From Octopus vulgaris (Eukaryota), in assembly GCA_951406725.2 (NCBI GenBank), contig OX597820.1, positions 4,774,001 through 4,838,000 of the forward strand: DNA of 64,000 nucleotides. The letters run 5' to 3'. Both the position numbers and the translations under genes were made by a program. Under the pieces are notes generated by a model. It saw only the letters and a list, made by a program, of their open reading frames with translations. It ran no database searches and was not told the DNA's origin. Position 1 is the stretch's first letter. Every line of letters begins with the position of its first letter. Shown here piece by piece: positions 55,301 to 64,000 of the stretch.

Positions 55301-56645
55301 ATGGTCGGAGTTGAAAACAGAGAGTTAGGAGTTGAAAGCATAGAGAAGAGTAGACAGGAGGAAAGGGAAAGGAGTGATGGGGCTGTTAAGGATGAGGAAA
55401 GGAACATTATACAGTGAACCCCGATACTGTGGTGGGTGGACATGCAGGGGAAATGATCCAACGAGATAATGAATGCTTGAAATTCAAAGATGTCTTGATG
55501 AATGCTCCAGAAGAAAATATCGCCATGAATACGAGAAGGGTAGATAAGAGTATGATAAATAAAGTAGCACAAAAGATAAATGCTGACACCCAGACGGAGG
55601 ACATAACACAAACAAGGAATCTTCCCCGAGCCATTGCGTTACTTGTTGGGGAGAAATTGCAGCTTAAGAGAAAAAGAAATGGCGGAGAAAAAGAACCATG
55701 GTGGGGCAACGACGCGTTGAAACGGATATAACGCGGACAAAGCAAGATCTAGGAAAAATTGAGCAATGGTTAAGAGGAAACGGGGGAAATGGGTAAAAGA
55801 CCGACCGAGAAAAATACGGAAAAATAGGTTTGATGCAGTAATAGAGCAGTTAAAATAGAGGATCATGGCAAAAAGCCAAAAGATCAGAAGATTTGTGAAC
55901 AGAAATAAGCAGTTCGAGGAGAACAGATTGTTCAAAACACAACCCGAAGAAATTCTTCCGAATGTTGAAAGAAGACAATGGGGAAAAATGTTGCTCCTGA
56001 TGCAAATCAAGCCAAGGGGTTCTGGAGCGGATTATGGGGAGACAATGAGGTGCATAAAAGGGATGCAATGTGGAAAGCCACAATCAGGGTAGAATTACAA
56101 GGAGGAAAGAAACAAAGGAATAGTGTCATAAGCACGGGTGATGTGAAAGAACAAGTGGGTAAAGTGCCTAACTGGAAAGCCCCCGGACTAGATGGTATTC
56201 ATGGCTTTTAGAGGAAGAGATTCCACGCAGTGCATGAAAGACTAGCAGCTCAACTGAAAGAGTGTGTTACCTCTGAACAGGAAGGTCCCTCTACTAATGT
56301 CGCTACTCAAGCGGAAAACAAAGCCAAAAGAGAACGGTGGGGAGATGACGACAGTAACCGGAGCAAAGCTAGCATCTCAAGACGGTTACAATACCAGTGA
56401 TTGTGGGAGCACTTGAAATGAGCAGTGAAGGAACTCAAAATTAGTTGAGAATCATCCCTGGGCTGCCATTCATGCAGGGATCGCAAAAGACAGTATTAAG
56501 TGTTAACTGCAAACGTAAACAGACTGTATATGAAAGAATGGTGGCAGAGGACTGATTAGTAGAGACCATTGTATAAGGAGTGGAAAGAGAACGCTTGCCG
56601 ATAAATAGTGGCGAAGATCTGCTGCAATATACCGGGTCCCATATT
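52362..56645 (+). repeat. ~1.95-kb tandem duplication (~2.2 units) of R4/Dong-like sequence
   Basis: gttacctctgaacaggaaggtccc at 52362, 54313 and 56266; units nearly identical. Confidence 0.95.
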
Positions 56646-57539
56646 ATGCAGATGAAATGATGGGCAAAATGAGGAGAAGAGAAAAGAAGACCTTCTTGAA
56701 ATATGAATGCCAGGACAGTTTGAAAGGAATACAGAGGGCGTCAAGGATAATACAGCATCGTGGGTATGGCTTGAGCGAGGTGATTTAAAGTGTACCACCG
56801 AAAGCCTGATCATTGCTTCACAAGACCAGGCTCTCGCTACCAAATCAGTGAAGTATAACATCTATAAAACTGCTGACACCTAGAAATGCAGACTCTGTGG
56901 AAAGAGTGTGGAAAATGTGACCCATTTGGTAAGTAGATGTGAGAGCCTTATACAAAGAAGAATACAAACGTCACCACAATAAAGTGTATATCTTCATTGT
57001 CTCTTATGCTGTAAATACCAATGTGAAGTAGCAGAGAACTGGTATGAGCATGTACCAAGTAAAAGTATGCAGGAGGACGGAAAAGTAACGATACACTGGG
57101 ACTGATTTTCTGATGGATCGTGTAATCAAACACCATCGGCCGGATATTGTCATATTGAATAAGAGCGACAAATACTGTCAGATCATTGATGTGGCCATAC
57201 CAAATGACGTGAATGTTGTGAGTAAAGAGGTTGAAAAAAATCACCAAGTATTCCGACTTGAAAGTGGAAATGGCAAGACTGTATGGAATGCACGAGGGTA
57301 ATGTAAAAGTGATACCAGTGGTGATCGGCGCGTTGGGTTTAATCCCATTGAAACTTCAAGATTTAAGGCAACTGGAAATCCCATGCAAGATTGATGTCTT
57401 GCAAAAAGCAGCCTTATTGAGCACAGCACACATCTTAAGGAAAGTATTATCTGTCTGAGGTCCTTGTTGTGACTTGACAGATGACTAAAGACTCCGGTGC
57501 ATTTTTACCTACACTGTGTTGCGAAGGAATAATAATAAT
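54690..57539 (+). pseudogene. Second R4/Dong-like element lacking the RT core, ending in (TAA)n
   Basis: N-terminal EKKLMNQVRMI, EPWW and WKAPG.DG; then GGRGL, CRLC..SVENVTHLVSRC, RPDIVI, IDVAIP, IPVVIGALG, LQKAALLSTAHILRKVLS*; tail aataataataat at 57528. Confidence 0.88.
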
Positions 57540-58639
57540 GATTGTTTGAAAGTTGTCCTGTGCAAATACAAAGACCCATTGTTGTTTCACACGGTTTGGA
57601 TTGCGTGTATTAAAAGTTGAAATATCAGACATGTCACCTGAAGCAGGCATCTACTAGGTCGTTGCACCCGTAGTAATCTGTAAGGACTCGATATTAAGAA
57701 ATGTCGAAAAGAATATTGATGTAGGTTGGAGTCCTCAATCAAAGAAATACTGGTGACTCGGACAAAAACTGTCGAACGAATCACATTTATATAGGATAGC
57801 GACAAGATTCCTAGATGCACCATTTGAAGACCTCACAATAAACGAGACCACAACTACAGCAACAACAGAACCAACAACAGCAACAATTACAAACCAACAA
57901 CAGTAATAGCAACAACATAGCTGCTGCTACGATAGCAGCAGCTGAGAGCTGACCTAATAGTAACATCCGCAGTGGAAGAGACCAACGTCAGGCTATGGAA
58001 AAGCAATTCTTACAGCGCCACTACTACGACCAGGGACGGTCCTCACACACCCGCAAGTCCACTAACATCGAGAAGGACTCACTCTTGCAAACGCATGCAC
58101 TCCAATCAGATACAAACTTTATCGTGCGACAAGGGTAAGACGAAACAATCGTAAAAGACCTTTGTTGGAGTCAAGAGGAAACTAAAACATAAAAAAGGTC
58201 ACTCCCTCCTAAGTTAAAGCCAAAAATTGCCAAAAAGAAAGGCAGGAAATTCTTTCTCTTAAACCACCCACTAACACGAACACCATGACAATAACAACAG
58301 AACCTATACTTACAACTACGACTTCAAAAGAAAGCAGGTTATCTGAACGGTGGAAGCCCTTATTATAGAACTGAATAACCTCCCTTGTTTGTTATATATC
58401 CGACTCGACTTAAGGCCATCTTCTGGTTTGTAGTAAACCATTTATATTCATTAAATTGTTGAATAAAATATGAGAACGGTGAAGAAGTTTTAATTTTATG
58501 TCAATTTATTCAGCATTTTATCATAGAAAAGGTTCTCCACCCTAACCGTTTCGATGTTGACCCCGATAATATACATACCAAGCAGTGGCTTCATTGACAG
58601 GAAACTTTTCATAATTTTATTGTGGCGCCACCAGTTGAA

Positions 58640-60087
<1,448 letters not shown>

Positions 60088-60516
60088 CTGATGGCATAAT
60101 TGATCTCGAAGAGAAATGGACAGTAGCGTTTTAAATATTCTACAGAGTTATTCTCTGTTAAAATTGGTAGCTATCTTTACATTAATATTCTTGTCTGGGT
60201 GGCTTCCAGACATTTTTGAATTTAACCGACAAAACATGGTTATTTTGGGCAATTAAAGAAGGTACCGGCGAGGCTGGTGGGAAGGCAATTTTTTAAGGAG
60301 GTTTTTATTTTTATTTATCTTTCCAAGAGTTGTCTAAGACAACGAAGATGCGACGGAGGATGATTGTTGGCACACTCCGGAAGATTTGTACATAAAGCTG
60401 TTGTTTGTTGTGGGGTTCTGTCTTCGGAAAGCAATTTCAGAAGCGGTCACCGAATTTCGTTCGAGCACAATAAGACATAAATCATAGCATGCACACACAC
60501 ACACACACTTTTGCTC

Positions 60517-60577
<61 letters not shown>

Positions 60578-61815
60578 TTATTTATACGTCCACACACATA
60601 TGTACATTTTCTAAACAGCTATTATATACGCGTGTGTGTGTGTGTGTGTGTGTGCAAAACCTGCTTCAAATTCTCACTGATATGTCTATATTCTCACATC
60701 GATTACATACAGACGCTATTGTATTCAACTATTCGCATTCAGACGCGCGCGCGTACGCACACACACATAGCATGTGTGTGTGTATATATATATATACGTA
60801 TACATATCTATATATACATACATATCTATATATACATACATATCTATATATACATATATATCTATATATACATATATATCTATATATACATACATATCTA
60901 TATATACATATATATCTATATATACATATATATATATATATACATATATACATATATATATATACACACAGAGCATATGTGTGTGTGTGTGTGTGTGTGT
61001 AGCACTTTCACATATAGATTCCCATTACAGACAACAGAATTACACACCTACATACCGTCGCACCCTCGCCACTGCACGCCCTCACCTAGTTCTATGGCGA
61101 GAGTACAAGCGGTCTATTTTCCCGTTATATCTGGATTAGTGCAGACGGCTGCACTGGTATCAAGCCAGTTCTGCTATTTACCTTAATTCCCACACTAGAG
61201 GAAGCTTCGTTAACGTATTTTCTTTTGAGCTGAGAGTTTGCTCTGTCGTTATTATTACATACGTTCACCGTACCCGGTTCGCCAGCAAGGCTGCTGTCGT
61301 ATTATAAACCTATCTTCTAGAGACACAAACGTAATGAAAAGCAAGTATTGTCTTATAACCATTCCGCCACGATGTCTTAATTGAATCAGAGATTACAGAG
61401 TTTACAAAGTATTCATTTCGTTTAAATAGGTGAACAATACAAGAAAATGATCCGCCAGAAATAGAAGCAAAATCTCCCTCAAAGAACAGCCTGTTGTCTT
61501 AAATAAGGAAGGGACGCAAATCATGTAGCCCTACACATCTAGAAAAGACAGTGCGGTCACCGCTGGAACGCCTTTAATCAGATGTCTGGTCATTTAGAGT
61601 TGACCTAACAAACAGAAACAATAGCAATAAAATAAAATAAAATATAATAAAATAAAATACAACACACGAATGGCTGAATAATTACTGAATTTCTTCTATC
61701 TTTACGTTCTGAGTTCAAATTCTGCCGAGGACGACCTAACTTTTTCTCCCCTCAGGGTACGAATTTTCTAAAATTTCAGACCTCATACCTATGATTCAAA
61801 TGGTTGTTGTCGTCG

Positions 61816-61850
<35 letters not shown>

Positions 61851-61851
<1 letters not shown>

Positions 61852-62428
61852 GGCGAGCTGGCAGAATTGTTTGCACGCCGGGCGAAATACTTGGCGGTAT
61901 TTCGTCTGCCGCTACGTTCTGAGTTCAAATTCCGCCGAGGTCGACTTTGCCTTTCATCCTTTCGGGGTCGATTAAATAAGTACCAGTTACGCACTGGGGT
62001 CGATATAATCGACTTAATCCCTTTGTCCGTCCTTGTTCGTCCCCTCTGTGTTTAGCCCCTTGTGGGTAGTAAAGAAATAGGTATTTCGTCTGCTGCTACG
62101 TTCTGAGTTCAAATTCCACCGAGGTCGACTTTGCCTTTCATCCTTTCGGGGTCGATTAAATAAGTACCAGTTACGCACTGGGGTCGATATAATCGACTTA
62201 ATTCGTTTGTCTGTTCTTCTTTGTCCCCTCTGTGTTTAGCCCCTTGTGGGTAGTAAAGAAATAGGTATTCAGTCCATCTTTACGTTCTGAGTTCAAATTC
62301 CGCCGAGGTCGACTTTGCCTTTCATCCTTTCGGGGACGATTAAATAAGTACCAGTGAAACACTGGGGTCGATGTAATCGGCTAGCCCACCCCCTCCAATT
62401 TAGGGCCTTGTGCCTTTAATAGAAAGGA
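61851..62428 (+). mobile_element. SINE family A head-to-tail multimer (3 units)
   Basis: Complete head at 61851; repeats restart at ggtattt (62080, 62264). Confidence 0.92.
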
Positions 62429-63044
62429 TCATTATTATGTGATGAAAACTCACCACTTATTTTGCTGTGTATGATGGAAAGTCTCAGTTGCCCGCGGCCG
62501 GTGGACTAAGGTAACACTTGTTTACTGGTCATGCTTTTTGTATCACTGGAACTATGTAACTCCGTATGCTCTGTCGGATGGTCATGCTTCAAGAACAATG
62601 CGAAAAATTCTTGCAGTTCCAAGCAATGCTGATTATTATTATTATTATTATTATTACTACTATTATTATTAAGCTGTATCAGTAATATGTGCTGTGAAAT
62701 AAAATTTGAATGTTTTTTTAAACAAATATCAATATTTTTTAGAATATTAAAATTATGTTTGGGTGTTTCCAGAGTTGAGAGAAAATAACATTTCGTAAAT
62801 TAGTGTTTCCACTCATGTATTCCAACACACAGGTACAAAAAAAAAAAAAAAAAAAAAAAAAAACAATTTTCAGCATTTCTGGTCTCTGGAACTCTCAAAA
62901 GTAGAGGAATTTTGTACCTTCAACGAAACTTCTCTCAAAGTTCAAAGAATTTTCTCTCAAAAAAGAAAATAACAAGCATGCGTCGTAGAAAAACACAAAT
63001 ACATATGAAAAGATATAAAAGATATACAGGTGCAGGGGCGGCCA

Positions 63045-63405
63045 TAGGCGAAGGATTGGCTGTGTGGTAAGTAGCTTGCTTCCCACCCACATGGTTCCGG
63101 TTTCAGTCCCACTGTGTGGTACCTTGGGTAAGTGTCTTCTACTATAGCCTCGGGCCGACCAAAGCCTTGTGAGTGGATTTGGTAAGCGAAAACTGAAAGA
63201 AGCCCGTCATATATATATAAATTATATACGTATGTATGTTTGTGTGTGTCTGTGTTTTCCCCCCCAGCATCGCTTGACAACCGATGTTGGTGTGTTTACA
63301 TCCCCGTAACTTAGCGGTTTGGCAAAAAAGTCCTGGCTTCGATTTGCTCGACTGAAGACGGTGCTCCAGCGTGGCCACAGTCAAATGACTGAAACAAGTA
63401 AAAGG
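63045..63405 (+). mobile_element. SINE family B copy
   Basis: Match to 4548-5000. Confidence 0.85.
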
Positions 63406-64000
63406 ACAAAAAAAAAAAGGATATGCATAAGGCTTAGGTGCAGACAAACCATTTACACAAGCCACACACGCGAATCTAGTAACGAAAGCGCATGCGCAGA
63501 TTAGCGAGAAAATATATCTCAATTTTTAACACAGACAAACAGACCGACAAACAGACAGCTGCAACGCGATTTCGAGCAACGCCGTCATTTGAGTGTCCTC
63601 GAAAATATGAGTTGTGCGACCGTGGCTTTTCAGTCTTACTGTGGACTTACACTCTTTAGTACAGATATGGAAACGGTGAGTGCTTTTGGTAAAGGTGTTC
63701 GGAGCGCTCACCCCTTGCGTTCAAGCCTTGCCTTCATTCCATCTGGGAAGTTTTCACCAAGTGTCTGACCTCTTCCAGCTACGGTCAACCATATTGTGCT
63801 CGCAGATTTTTTTCAAAATGAGGCAAATCCTTTCACATAGTATTTCCTGCTCTGTATATTATGTATGGATTTGTCGCAAAGAACCACAAAGTCTACATCA
63901 CTTGGATGCAAACGAAGTCGCAAGTGTTTTATCAGTTCTCGTGGGAGAGGTGTCTAAATAGAGATGAGGGGGTCACTCACTCTCAGCTGTTGGATGGCCG

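Noticed and set aside
58543-58600. Minus-strand GAAACGGUUA resembling a PLE hammerhead 3' half
   Set aside because: No matching CUGANGA and stem II partner nearby

Overview
This is eukaryotic, AT-rich (non-prokaryotic) DNA, saturated with microsatellites and transposable elements. The tRNA-derived SINE families and (TA/TG/TAA/GA)n density point to a coleoid cephalopod, probably Octopus (inference). No intact host gene is evident, and most ORFs in the track are microsatellite artefacts. Recognisable elements are three SINE families, R4/Dong-like RLE LINEs (one in a ~1.95-kb tandem duplication), HERO, RTE and Penelope LINE relics, a Ty3/Gypsy relic, Helitrons (one with a RepHel N-terminal ORF), a pogo/Tigger transposase relic and several MITEs. 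The most notable signal is a set of type I hammerhead ribozymes in non-coding elements inserted in (TA)n. A 493-bp unit is present as direct plus inverted copies, with one hammerhead per unit and a long G-U-rich stem II (28.8-30.1 kb). A near-canonical GUC hammerhead with a cUUCGg-capped long stem II lies inside an inverted repeat (47.3 kb). A dispersed family carries minimal hammerheads. Together they suggest a Penelope-dependent retrozyme/circRNA-like system.
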